Assembly (NCBI RefSeq): GCF_009914755.1
Contig: NC_060935.1
Source: the human T2T-CHM13v2.0 reference genome, Homo sapiens
Length of the DNA: 64,000 bases
Strand: one strand, 5' to 3'
Shown here: in pieces, positions 39,601 to 52,700 of the stretch
How the letters are laid out: each line of letters begins with the position of its first letter
Numbering within the stretch: the stretch's first letter is position 1
The notes under the pieces: model-generated
Told to the model about the DNA's origin: nothing
Seen by the model: the letters and a program-made list of their open reading frames with translations, nothing else
The model's database searches: none
Translations under genes and position numbers: made by a program

Positions 39601-42545
39601 ATTTGGAGAGATTTGAGGCCTGTGGTGGAAAAGGAAAATCTTCACATAAAAACTAGATGGAAGCATTCTCAGAAACTACTTTGTGATGATTGCATTCGAC
39701 TCACAGAGTTGAACATTCCTATAGATAGAGCAGGTTGTAAACAATCTTTTTGTAGAATCTGCGATTGGAGATTTGGACTGCTTTGAGGCCTACTGTAGTA
39801 AAGGAAATAACTTCATCTAAAAACCAAACGGAAGCATTCACAGACAATTCTTAGTGATCATTGCATTGAACTAACAGAGCTGAACATTCCTTTAGATGGC
39901 GCAGTTTCCAAACACACTTTCTGTAGAATCTGCAAGTGGATATTTGGACCTCTCTGAGGATTTCGTTGGAAACGGGATAAACTTCCCAGAACTACACGGA
40001 AGCATTCTGAGAAACTTCTTTGTGATGTTTGCATTCAACTCACAGAGTTGAACCTTGCTTTCATAGTTCAGCTTTCAAACACTCTTTTGTAGAATCTGCA
40101 AGTGGATATTTGGACCACTTTGTGGCCTTCCTTCGAAACGGGTATATCTTCACATCAAACCTAGACAGAAGCATTCTCAGAATGTTTCCTGTGATGACTG
40201 CATTCAACTCACAGAGGTGAACAATCCTGCTGATGGAGCAGTTTTGAAACTCTCTTTCTTTGGATTCTGCAAGTGGATATGTGGACCTCTGTGAAGAATT
40301 CGTTGGAAACGGGTTCATCTTCACAGAAAAACTAAACAGAAGCATTCTCAGAAACTGCTTTGTGATGTTTGTGTTCCACCTCAGAAATTGAACTTTCCTC
40401 TTGACAGAGCAGCTGTGAAACCCTCTTATTCTAGAATCTGCAAGTGGACATTTGGAGGGCTTTGAGGCCTGTGGTGGAAAAGGAAAATCTTCACATAAAA
40501 ACTAGATGGAAGCATTCTCAGAAACTACTTTGTGATGATTGCATTCGACTCACAGAGTTGAACATTCCTATAGATAGAGCAGGTTGTAAACAATCTTTTT
40601 GTAGAATCTGCGATTGGAGATTTGGACTGCTTTGAGGCCTACTGTAGTAAAGGAAATAACTTCATCTAAAAACCAAACGGAAGCATTCACAGACAATTCT
40701 TAGTGATCATTGGATTGAACTAACAGAGCTGAACATTCCTTTAGATGGCGCAGTTTCCAAACAAACTTTCTGTAGAATCTTCCAGTGGATATTTGGACTT
40801 CTCTGAGGATTTCGTTGGAAACGGGATAAACTTCCCAGAACTACACGGAAGCATTGTGAGAAACTTCTTTGTGATGTTTGCATTCAACTCACAGAGTTGA
40901 ACCTTGCTTTCATAGTTCAGCTTTCAAACACTCTTTTTGTAGAATCTGCAAGTGGATATTTGGACCACTTTGTGGCCTTCCTTCGAAACGGGTATATCTT
41001 CACATCAAACCTAGACGGAAGCATTCTCAGAATGTTTCCTGTGATGACTGCATTCAACTCACAGAGGTGAACAATCCTCTTGAAGGAGCAGTTTTGAAAC
41101 TCTCTTTCTTTGGATTCTGCAAGTTGATATGTGGACCTCTGTGAAGATTTCGTTGGAAACGGGTTCATCTTCACAGAAAAACTAAACAGAAGCATTCTCA
41201 GAAACTGCTTTGTGATGTTTGTGTTCTACTTCAAGAATTGAACTTTCCTCTTGACAGAGCAGCTCTGAAACCCTCTTTTTCTAGAATCTGCAAGTGGACA
41301 TTTAGAGGGCTTTGAGGTCTGTGGTGGAAAAGGAAAATCTTCACATAAAAACTAGATGGAAGCATTCTCAGAAACTACTTTGTGATGATTGCATTCGACC
41401 CACAGATTTGAACATTCCTATAGATAGAGCAGGTTGTAAACAATCTTTTTGTAGAATCTGCGATTGGAGATTTGGACTGCTTTGAGCCCTACTGTAGTAA
41501 AGGAAATAACTTCATCTAAAAACCAAACGGAAGCATTCACAGACAATTCTTAGTGATCATTGGATTGAACTAACAGAGCTGAACATTCCCTTAGATGGCG
41601 CAGTTTCCAAACCCACTTTCTGTAGAATCTGCAAGTGGATATTTGGACCTCTCTGAGGATTTCGTTGGAAACGGGATAAACTTCCCAGAACTACACGGAA
41701 GCATTGTGAGAAACTTCTTTGTGATGTTTGCATTCAAGTCACAGAGTTGAACCTTGCTTTCATAGTTCAGCTTTCAAACACTCTTTTTGTAGAATCTGCA
41801 AGTGGATATTTGGACCACTTTGTGGCCTTCCTTCGAAACGGGTATATCTTCACATCAAACCTAGACAAAAGCATTCTCAGAATGTTTCCTGTGATGACTG
41901 CATTCAACTCACAGAGGTGAACAATCCTGTTGATGGAGCACTTTTGAAACTCTCTTTCTTTGGATTCTGCAAGTAGATATGTGGACCTCTGTGAAGATTT
42001 CGTTGGAAACGGGTTCATCTTCACAGAAAAACTAAACAGAAGCATTCTCAGAAACTACTTTGTGATGTTTGTGTTCCACTTCAGGAATTGAACTTTCCTC
42101 TTGACAGAGCAGCTCTGAAACCCTCTTTTTCTAGAATCTGCAAGTGGACATTTGGAGGGCTTTGAGGCCTGTGGTGGAAAAGGAAAATCTTCACATAAAA
42201 ACTAGATGGAAGCATTCTCAGAAACTACTTTGTGATGATTGCATTCGACTCACAGAGTTGAACATTCCTATAGATAGAGCAGGTTGTAAACAATCTTTTT
42301 GTAGAATCTGCGATTGGAGATTTGGACTGCTTTGAGGCCTACTGTAGTAAAGGAAATAACTTCATCTAAAAACCAAACGGAAGCATTCACAGACAATTCT
42401 TAGTGATCATTGCATTGAACTAACAGAGCTGAACATTCCTTTAGATGGCGCAGTTTCCAAACACACTTTCTGTAGAATCTGCAAGTGGATATTTGGACCT
42501 CTCTGAGGATTTCGTTGGAAACGGGATAAACTTCCCAGAACTACA
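36623..42545 (+). repeat. Non-adjacent copy of the 7-HOR block at about 21324-27246 (offset 15299 bp)
   Basis: Rare markers are shared in the same order: CTAGTGTAG, TTTGCAC, CATACTTC, TGCAATTGG, GTGACG..AACGTT, the CACTCTTTTG 1-bp deletion, GACGGAAGC, CAAGTAGAT. Confidence 0.9.
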
Positions 42546-45500
42546 GGGAAGCATTGTGAGAAACTTCTTTCTGATGTTTGCATTCAACTCACAGAGTTGA
42601 ACCTTGCTTTCATAGTTCAGCTTTCAAACACTCTTTTTGTAGAATCTGCAAGTGGATATTTGGACCACTTTGTGGCCTTCCTTCGAAACGGGTATATCTT
42701 CACATCAAACCTAGACAGAAGCATTCTCAGAATGTTTCCTGTGATGACTGCATTCAACTCACAGAGGTGAACAATCCTGTTGATGGAGCACTTTTGAAAC
42801 TCTCTTTCTTAGGATTCTGCAAGTGGATATGTGGACCTCTGTGAAGATTTCGTTGGAAACGGGTTCATCTTCACAGAAAAACTAAACAGAAGCATTCTCA
42901 GAAACTGCTTTGTGATGTTTGTGTTCCACTTCAGGAATTGAACTTTCCTCTTGACAGAGCAGCTCTGAAACCCTCTTATTCTAGAATCTGCAAGTGGACA
43001 TTTGGAGGGCTTTGAGGCCTGTGGTGGAAAAGGAAAATCTTCACATAAAAACTAGATGGAAGCATTCTCAGAAACTACTTTGTGATGATTGCATTCGACT
43101 CACAGAGTTGAACATTCCTATAGATAGAGCAGGTTGTAAACAATCTTTTTCTAGAATCTGCGATTGGAGACTTGGACTGCTTTGAGGCCTACTGTAGTAA
43201 AGGAAATAACTTCATCTAAAAACCAAACGGAAGCATTCACAGACAATTCTCAGTGATGATTGGATTGAACTAACAGAGCTGAACATTCCTTTAGATGGCG
43301 CAGTTTCCAAACACACTTTCTGTAGAATCTGCAAGTGGATATTTGGACTTCTCTGAGGATTTCGTTGGAAACGGGATAAACTTCCCAGAACTACACGGAA
43401 GCATTCTGAGAAACTTCTTTGTGATGTTTGCATTCAACTCACAGAGTTGAACCTTGCTTTCATAGTTCAGCTTTCAAACACTCTTTTTGTAGAATCTGCA
43501 AGTGGATATTTGGACCACTTTGTGGCCTTCCTTCGAAACGGGTATATCTTCACATCAAACCTAGACAGAAGCATTCTCAGAATGTTTCCTGTGATGACTG
43601 CATTCAACTCACAGAGGTGAACAATCCTGCTGATGGAGCAGTTTTGAAACTCTCTTTCTTTGGATTCTGCAAGTGGATATGTTGACCTCTGTGAAGATTT
43701 CGTTGGAAACGGGTTCATCTTCACAGAAAAACTAAACAGGAGCATTCTCAGAAACTGCTTTGTGATGTTTGTGTTCCACTTCAAGAATTGAACTTTCCTC
43801 TTGACAGAGCAGCTCTGAAACCCTCTTTTTCTAGAATCTGCAAGTGGACATTTGGAGGGATTTGAGGCCTGTGGTGGAAAAGGAAAATCTTCACATAAAA
43901 ACTAGATGGAAGCATTCTCAGAAACTACTTTGTGATGATTGCATTCGACTCACAGAGTTGAACATTCCTATAGATAGAGCAGGTTGTAAACAATCTTTTT
44001 GTAGAATCTGCGATTGGAGATTTGGACTGCTTTGAGGCCTACTGTAGTAAAGGAAATAACTTCATCTAAAAACCAAACGGAAGCATTCACAGACAATTCT
44101 TAGTGATCATTGGATTGAACTAACAGAGCTGAACATTCCCTTAGATGGCGCAGTTTCCAAACACACTTTCTGTAGAATCTGCAAGTGGATATTTGGACCT
44201 CTCTGAGGATTTCGTTGGAAACGGGATAAACTTCCCAGAACTACACGGAAGCATTGTGAGAAACTTCTTTGTGATGTTTGCATTCAACTCACAGAGTTGA
44301 ACCTTGCTTTCATAGTTCAGCTTTCAAACACTCTTTTTGTAGAATCTGCAAGTGGATATTTGGACCACTTTGTGGCCTTCCTTCGAAACGGGTATATCTT
44401 CACATCAAACCTAGACAGAAGCATTCTCAGAATGTTTCCTGTGATGACTGCATTCAACTCACAGAGGTGAACAATCCTGTTGATGGAGCACTTTTGAAAC
44501 TCTCTTTCTTTGGATTCTGCAAGTTGATATGTGGACCTCTGTGAAGATTTCGTTGGAAACGGGTTCATCTTCACAGAAAAACTAAACAGAAGCATTCTCA
44601 GAAACTACTTTGTGATGTTTGTGTTCCACTTCAAGAATTGAACTTTCCTCTTGACAGAGCAGCTCTGAAACCCTCTTTTTCTAGAATCTGCAAGTGGACA
44701 TTTGGAGGGCTTTGAGGCCTGTGGTGGAAAAGGAAAATCTTCACATAAAAACTAGATGGAAGCATTCTCAGAAACTACTTTGTGATGATTGCATTCGACT
44801 CACAGAGTTGAACATTCCTATAGATAGAGCAGGTTGTAAACAATCTTTTTGTAGAATCTGCGATTGGAGATTTGGACTGCTTTGAGGCCTACTGTAGTAA
44901 AGGAAATAACTTCATCTAAAAACCAAACGGAAGCATTCACAGACAATTCTTAGTGATCATTGGATTGAACTAACACAGCTGAAAATTCCTTTAGATGGAG
45001 CAGTTTCCAAACACACTTTCTGTAGAATCTGCAAGTGGATATTTGGACCTCTCTGAGGATTTCGTTGGAAACGGGATAAACTTCCCAGAACTACACGGAA
45101 GCATTCTGAGAAACTTCTTTGTGATGTTTGCATTCAACTCACAGAGTTGAACCTTGCTTTCATAGTTCAGCTTTCAAACACTCTTTTTGTAGAATCTGCA
45201 AGTGGATATTTGGACCACTTTGTGGCCTTCCTTCGAAACGGGTATATCTTCACATCAAACCTAGACGGAAGCATTCTCAGAATGTTTCCTGTGATGACTG
45301 CATTCAACTCACAGAGGTGAACAATCCTCTTGACGGAGCAGTTTTGAAACTCTCTTTCTTTGGATTCTGCAAGTTGATATGTGGACCTCTGTGAAGATTT
45401 CGTTGGAAACGGGTTCATCTTCACAGAAAAACTAAACAGAAGCATTCTCAGAAACTGCTTTGTGATGTTTGTGTTCTACTTCAAGAATTGAACTTTCCTC

Positions 45501-46795
45501 TTGACAGAGCAGCTCTGAAACCCTCTTTTTCTAGAATCTGCAAGTGGACATTTAGAGGGCTTTGAGGTCTGTGGTGGAAAAGGAAAATCTTCACATAAAA
45601 ACTAGATGGAAGCATTCTCAGAAACTACTTTGTGATGATTGCATTCGACCCACAGATTTGAACATTCCTATAGATAGAGCAGGTTGTAAACAATCTTTTT
45701 GTAGAATCTGCGATTGGAGATTTGGACTGCTTTGAGCCCTACTGTAGTAAAGGAAATAACTTCATCTAAAAACCAAACGGAAGCATTCACAGACAATTCT
45801 TAGTGATCATTGGATTGAACTAACAGAGCTGAACATTCCCTTAGATGGCGCAGTTTCCAAACCCACTTTCTGTAGAATCTGCAAGTGGATATTTGGACCT
45901 CTCTGAGGATTTCGTTGGAAACGGGATAAACTTCCCAGAACTACACGGAAGCATTGTGAGAAACTTCTTTGTGATGTTTGCATTCAAGTCACAGAGTTGA
46001 ACCTTGCTTTCATAGTTCAGCTTTCAAACACTCTTTTTGTAGAATCTGCAAGTGGATATTTGGACCACTTTGTGGCCTTCCTTCGAAACGGGTATATCTT
46101 CACATCAAACCTAGACAAAAGCATTCTCAGAATGTTTCCTGTGATGACTGCATTCAACTCACAGAGGTGAACAATCCTGTTGATGGAGCACTTTTGAAAC
46201 TCTCTTTCTTTGGATTCTGCAAGTAGATATGTGGACCTCTGTGAAGATTTCGTTGGAAACGGGTTCATCTTCACAGAAAAACTAAACAGAAGCATTCTCA
46301 GAAACTACTTTGTGATGTTTGTGTTCCACTTCAGGAATTGAACTTTCCTCTTGACAGAGCAGCTCTGAAACCCTCTTTTTCTAGAATCTGCAAGTGGACA
46401 TTTGGAGGGCTTTGAGGCCTGTGGTGGAAAAGGAAAATCTTCACATAAAAACTAGATGGAAGCATTCTCAGAAACTACTTTGTGATGATTGCATTCGACT
46501 CACAGAGTTGAACATTCCTATAGATAGAGCAGGTTGTAAACAATCTTTTTGTAGAATCTGCGATTGGAGATTTGGACTGCTTTGAGGCCTAATGTAGTAA
46601 AGGAAATAACTTCATCTAAAAACCAAACGGAAGCATTCACAGACAATTCTTAGTGATCATTGCATTGAACTAACAGAGCTGAACATTCCTTTAGATGGCG
46701 CAGTTTCCAAACACACTTTCTGTAGAATCTGCAAGTGGATATTTGGACCTCTCTGAGGATTTCGTTGGAAACGGGATAAACTTCCCAGAACTACA
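42500..46795 (+). repeat. Non-adjacent copy of the 5-HOR block at about 32301-36596 (offset 10199 bp)
   Basis: Same haplotype order 32379/42578, 33229/43428, 34079/44278, 34929/45128, 35779/45978. The marker AACACAGCTGAAAATT was seen only near 34775 and 44975. Confidence 0.88.
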
Positions 46796-49700
46796 CGGAA
46801 GCATTCTGAGAAACTTCTTTGTGATGTTTGTATTCAACTCACAGAGTTGAACCTTGCTTTCATAGTTCTGCTTTCAAACACTCTTTTTGTAGAATCTGCA
46901 AGTGGATATTTGGACCACTTTGTGGCCTTCCTTCGAAACGGGTATATCTTCACATCAAACCTAGACAGAAGCTTTCTCAGAATGTTTCCTGTGATGACTG
47001 CATTCAACTCACAGAGGTGAACAATCCTGCTGATGGAGCAGTTTTGAAACTCTCTTTCTTTGGATTCTTCAAGTGGATATGTGGACCTCTGTGAAGATTT
47101 CGTTGGAAACGGGTTCATCTTCACAGAAAAACTAAACAGAAGCATTCTCAGAAACTGCTTTGTGATGTTTGTGTTCCACTTCAGGAATTGAACTTTCCTC
47201 TTGACAGAGCAGCTCTGAAACCCTCTTATTCTAGAATATGCAAGTGGACATTTGGAGGGCTTTGAGGCCTGTGGTGGAAAAGGAAAATCTTCACATAAAA
47301 ACTAGATGGAAGCATTCTCAGAAAAAACATTGTGATGATTGCATTCGACTCACAGAGTTGAACATTCCTATAGATAGAGCAGGTTGTAAACAATCTTTTT
47401 GTAGAATCTGCGATTGGAGATTTGGACTGCTTTGAGGCCTACTGTAGTAAAGGAAATAACTTCATCTAAAAACCAAACGGAAGCATTCACAGACAATTCT
47501 TAGTGATCATTGGATTGAACTAACAGAGCAGAACATTCCTTTAGATGGAGCAGTTTCCAAACCCACTTTCTGTAGAATCTGCAAGTGGATATTTGGACTT
47601 CTCTGAGGATTTCGTTGGAAACGGGATAAACTTCCCAGAACTACAGGGAAGCATTGTGAGAAACTTCTTTCTGATGTTTGCATTCAACTCACAGAGTTGA
47701 ACCTTGCTTTCATAGTTCAGCTTTCAAACACTCTTTTTGTAGAATCTGCAAGTGGATATTTGGACCACTTTGTGGCCTTCCTTCGAAACGGGTATATCTT
47801 CACATCAAACCTAGACAGAAGCATTCTCAGAATGTTTCCTGTGATGACTGCATTCAACTCACAGAGGTGAACAATCCTGTTGATGGAGCACTTTTGAAAC
47901 TCTCTTTCTTAGGATTCTGCAAGTGGATATGTGGACCTCTGTGAAGATTTCGTTGGAAACGGGTTCATCTTCACAGAAAAACTAAACAGAAGCATTCTCA
48001 GAAACTGCTTTGTGATGTTTGTGTTCCACTTCAGGAATTGAACTTTCCTCTTGACAGAGCAGCTCTGAAACCCTCTTATTCTAGAATCTGCAAGTGGACA
48101 TTTGGAGGGCTTTGAGGCCTGTGGTGGAAAAGGAAAATCTTCACATAAAAACTAGATGGAAGCATTCTCAGAAACTACTTTGTGATGATTGCATTCGACT
48201 CACAGAGTTGAACATTCCTATAGATAGAGCAGGTTGTAAACAATCTTTTTCTAGAATCTGCGATTGGAGACTTGGACTGCTTTGAGGCCTACTGTAGTAA
48301 AGGAAATAACTTCATCTAAAAACCAAACGGAAGCATTCACAGACAATTCTCAGTGATGATTGGATTGAACTAACAGAGCTGAACATTCCTTTAGATGGCG
48401 CAGTTTCCAAACACACTTTCTGTAGAATCTGCAAGTGGATATTTGGACTTCTCTGAGGATTTCGTTGGAAACGGGATAAACTTCCCAGAACTACACGGAA
48501 GCATTCTGAGAAACTTCTTTGTGATGTTTGCATTCAACTCACAGAGTTGAACCTTGCTTTCATAGTTCAGCTTTCAAACACTCTTTTTGTAGAATCTGCA
48601 AGTGGATATTTGGACCACTTTGTGGCCTTCCTTCGAAACGGGTATATCTTCACATCAAACCTAGACAGAAGCATTCTCAGAATGTTTCCTGTGATGACTG
48701 CATTCAACTCACAGAGGTGAACAATCCTGCTGATGGAGCAGTTTTGAAACTCTCTTTCTTTGGATTCTGCAAGTTGATATGTGGACCTCTGTGAAGATTT
48801 CGTTGGAAACGGGTTCATCTTCACAGAAAAACTAAACAGGAGCATTCTCAGAAACTGCTTTGTGATGTTTGTGTTCCACTTCAAGAATTGAACTTTCCTC
48901 TTGACAGAGCAGCTCTGAAACCCTCTTTTTCTAGAATCTGCAAGTGGACATTTGGAGGGATTTGAGGCCTGTGGTGGAAAAGGAAAATCTTCACATAAAA
49001 ACTAGATGGAAGCATTCTCAGAAACTACTTTGTGATGATTGCATTCGACTCACAGAGTTGAACATTCCTATAGATAGAGCAGGTTGTAAACAATCTTTTT
49101 GTAGAATCTGCGATTGGAGATTTGGACTGCTTTGAGGCCTACTGTAGTAAAGGAAATAACTTCATCTAAAAACCAAACGGAAGCATTCACAGACAATTCT
49201 TAGTGATCATTGGATTGAACTAACAGAGCTGAACATTCCCTTAGATGGCGCAGTTTCCAAACACACTTTCTGTAGAATCTGCAAGTGGATATTTGGACCT
49301 CTCTGAGGATTTCGTTGGAAACGGGATAAACTTCCCAGAACTACACGGAAGCATTGTGAGAAACTTCTTTGTGATGTTTGCATTCAACTCACAGAGTTGA
49401 ACCTTGCTTTCATAGTTCAGCTTTCAAACACTCTTTTTGTAGAATCTGCAAGTGGATATTTGGACCACTTTGTGGCCTTCCTTCGAAACGGGTATATCTT
49501 CACATCAAACCTAGACAGAAGCATTCTCAGAATGTTTCCTGTGATGACTGCATTCAACTCACAGAGGTGAACAATCCTGTTGATGGAGCACTTTTGAAAC
49601 TCTCTTTCTTTGGATTCTGCAAGTTGATATGTGGACCTCTGTGAAGATTTCGTTGGAAACGGGTTCATCTTCACAGAAAAACTAAACAGAAGCATTCTCA

Positions 49701-52700
49701 GAAACTACTTTGTGATGTTTGTGTTCCACTTCAAGAATTGAACTTTCCTCTTGACAGAGCAGCTCTGAAACCCTCTTTTTCTAGAATCTGCAAGTGGACA
49801 TTTGGAGGGCTTTGAGGCCTGTGGTGGAAAAGGAAAATCTTCACATAAAAACTAGATGGAAGCATTCTCAGAAACTACTTTGTGATGATTGCATTCGACT
49901 CACAGAGTTGAACATTCCTATAGATAGAGCAGGTTGTAAACAATCTTTTTGTAGAATCTGCGATTGGAGATTTGGACTGCTTTGAGGCCTACTGTAGTAA
50001 AGGAAATAACTTCATCTAAAAACCAAACGGAAGCATTCACAGACAATTCTTAGTGATCATTGCATTGAACTAACAGAGCTGAACATTCCTTTAGATGGCG
50101 CAGTTTCCAAACACACTTTCTGTAGAATCTGCAAGTGGATATTTGGACCTCTCTGAGGATTTCGTTGGAAACGGGATAAACTTCCCAGAACTACACGGAA
50201 GCATTCTGAGAAACTTCTTTGTGACGTTTGTATTCAACTCACAGAGTTGAACGTTGCTTTCATAGTTCAGCTTTCAAACACTCTTTTTGTAGAATCTGCA
50301 AGTGGATATTTGGACCACTTTGTGGCCTTCCTTTGAAACGGGTATATCTTCACATCAAACCTAGACAGAAGCATTCTCAGAATGTTTCCTGTGATGACTG
50401 CATTCAACTCACAGAGGTGAACAATCCTGCTGATGGAGCAGTTTTGAAACTCTCTTTCTTTGGATTCTGCAAGTGGATATGTTGACCTCTGTGAAGATTT
50501 CGTTGGAAACGGGTTCATCTTCACAGAAAAACTAAAAAGGAGCATTCTCAGAAACTGCTTTGTGATGTTTGTGTTCCACTTCAAGAATTGAACTTTCCTC
50601 TTGACAGAGCAGCTCTGAAACCCTCTTTTTCTAGAATCTGCAAGTGGACATTTGGAGAGATTTGAGGCCTGTGGTGGAAAAGGAAAATCTTTACATAAAA
50701 ACTAGATGGAAGCATTCTCAGAAACTACTTTGTGATGATTGCATTCGACTCACAGAGTTGAACATTCCTATAGATAGAGCAGGTTGTAAACAATCTTTTT
50801 GTAGAATCTGCGATTGGAGATTTGGACTGCTTTGAGGCCTACTGTAGTAAAGGAAATAACTTCATCTAAAAACCAAACGGAAGCATTCACAGACAATTCT
50901 TAGTGATCATTGCATTGAACTAACAGAGCTGAACATTCCTTTAGATGGCGCAGTTTCCAAACACACTTTCTGTAGAATCTGCAAGTGGATATTTGGACCT
51001 CTCTGAGGATTTCGTTGGAAACGGGATAAACTTCCCAGAACTACACGGAAGCATTCTGAGAAACTTCTTTGTGATGTTTGCATTCAACTCACAGAGTTGA
51101 AACTTGCTTTCATAGTTCAGCTTTCAAACACTCTTTTTGTAGAATCTGCAAGTGGATATTTGGACCACTTTGTGGCCTTCCTTCGAAACGGGTATATCTT
51201 CACATCAAACCTAGACAGAAGCATTCTCAGAATGTTTCCTGTGATGACTGCATTCAACTCACAGAGGTGAACAATCCTGCTGATGGAGCAGTTTTGAAAC
51301 TCTCTTTCTTTGGATTCTGCAAGTGGATATGTGGACCTCTGTGAAGAATTCGTTGGAAACGGGTTCATCTTCACAGAAAAACTAAACAGAAGCATTCTCA
51401 GAAACTGCTTTGTGATGTTTGTGTTCCACCTCAGGAATTGAACTTTCCTCTTGACAGAGCAGCTGTGAAACCCTCTTATTCTAGAATCTGCAAGTGGACA
51501 TTTGGAGGGCTTTGAGGCCTGTGGTGGAAAAGGAAAATCTTCACATAAAAACTAGATGGAAGCATTCTCAGAAACTACTTTGTGATGATTGCATTCGACT
51601 CACAGAGTTGAACATTCCTATAGATAGAGCAGGTTGTAAACAATCTTTTTGTAGAATCTGCGATTGGAGATTTGGACTGCTTTGAGGCCTACTGTAGTAA
51701 AGGAAATAACTTCATCTAAAAACCAAACGGAAGCATTCACAGACAATTCTTAGTGATCATTGGATTGAACTAACAGAGCTGAACATTCCTTTAGATGGCG
51801 CAGTTTCCAAACAAACTTTCTGTAGAATCTTCCAGTGGATATTTGGACTTCTCTGAGGATTTCGTTGGAAACGGGATAAACTTCCCAGAACTACACGGAA
51901 GCATTGTGAGAAACTTCTTTGTGATGTTTGCATTCAACTCACAGAGTTGAACCTTGCTTTCATAGTTCAGCTTTCAAACACTCTTTTTGTAGAATCTGCA
52001 AGTGGATATTTGGACCACTTTGTGGCCTTCCTTCGAAACGGGTATATCTTCACATCAAACCTAGACAGAAGCATTCTCAGAATGTTTCCTGTGATGACTG
52101 CATTCAACTCACAGAGGTGAACAATCCTCTTGACGGAGCAGTTTTGAAACTCTCTTTCTTTGGATTCTGCAAGTTGATATGTGGACCTCTGTGAAGATTT
52201 CGTTGGAAACGGGTTCATCTTCACAGAAAAACTAAACAGAAGCATTCTCAGAAACTGCTTTGTGATGTTTGTGTTCTACTTCAAGAATTGAACTTTCCTC
52301 TTGACAGAGCAGCTCTGAAACCCTCTTTTTCTAGAATCTGCAAGTGGACATTTAGAGGGCTTTGAGGTCTGTGGTGGAAAAGGAAAATCTTCACATAAAA
52401 ACTAGATGGAAGCATTCTCAGAAACTACTTTGTGATGATTGCATTCGACCCACAGATTTGAACATTCCTATAGATAGAGCAGGTTGTAAACAATCTTTTT
52501 GTAGAATCTGCGATTGGAGATTTGGACTGCTTTGAGCCCTACTGTAGTAAAGGAAATAACTTCATCTAAAAACCAAACGGAAGCATTCACAGACAATTCT
52601 TAGTGATCATTGGATTGAACTAACAGAGCTGAACATTCCCTTAGATGGCGCAGTTTCCAAACCCACTTTCTGTAGAATCTGCAAGTGGATATTTGGACCT

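Noticed and set aside
2186-40090. 1-bp deletions as homopolymer sequencing errors
   Set aside because: They recur in phase with linked substitutions at the super-unit offsets, which is expected for inherited variants and not for random errors.
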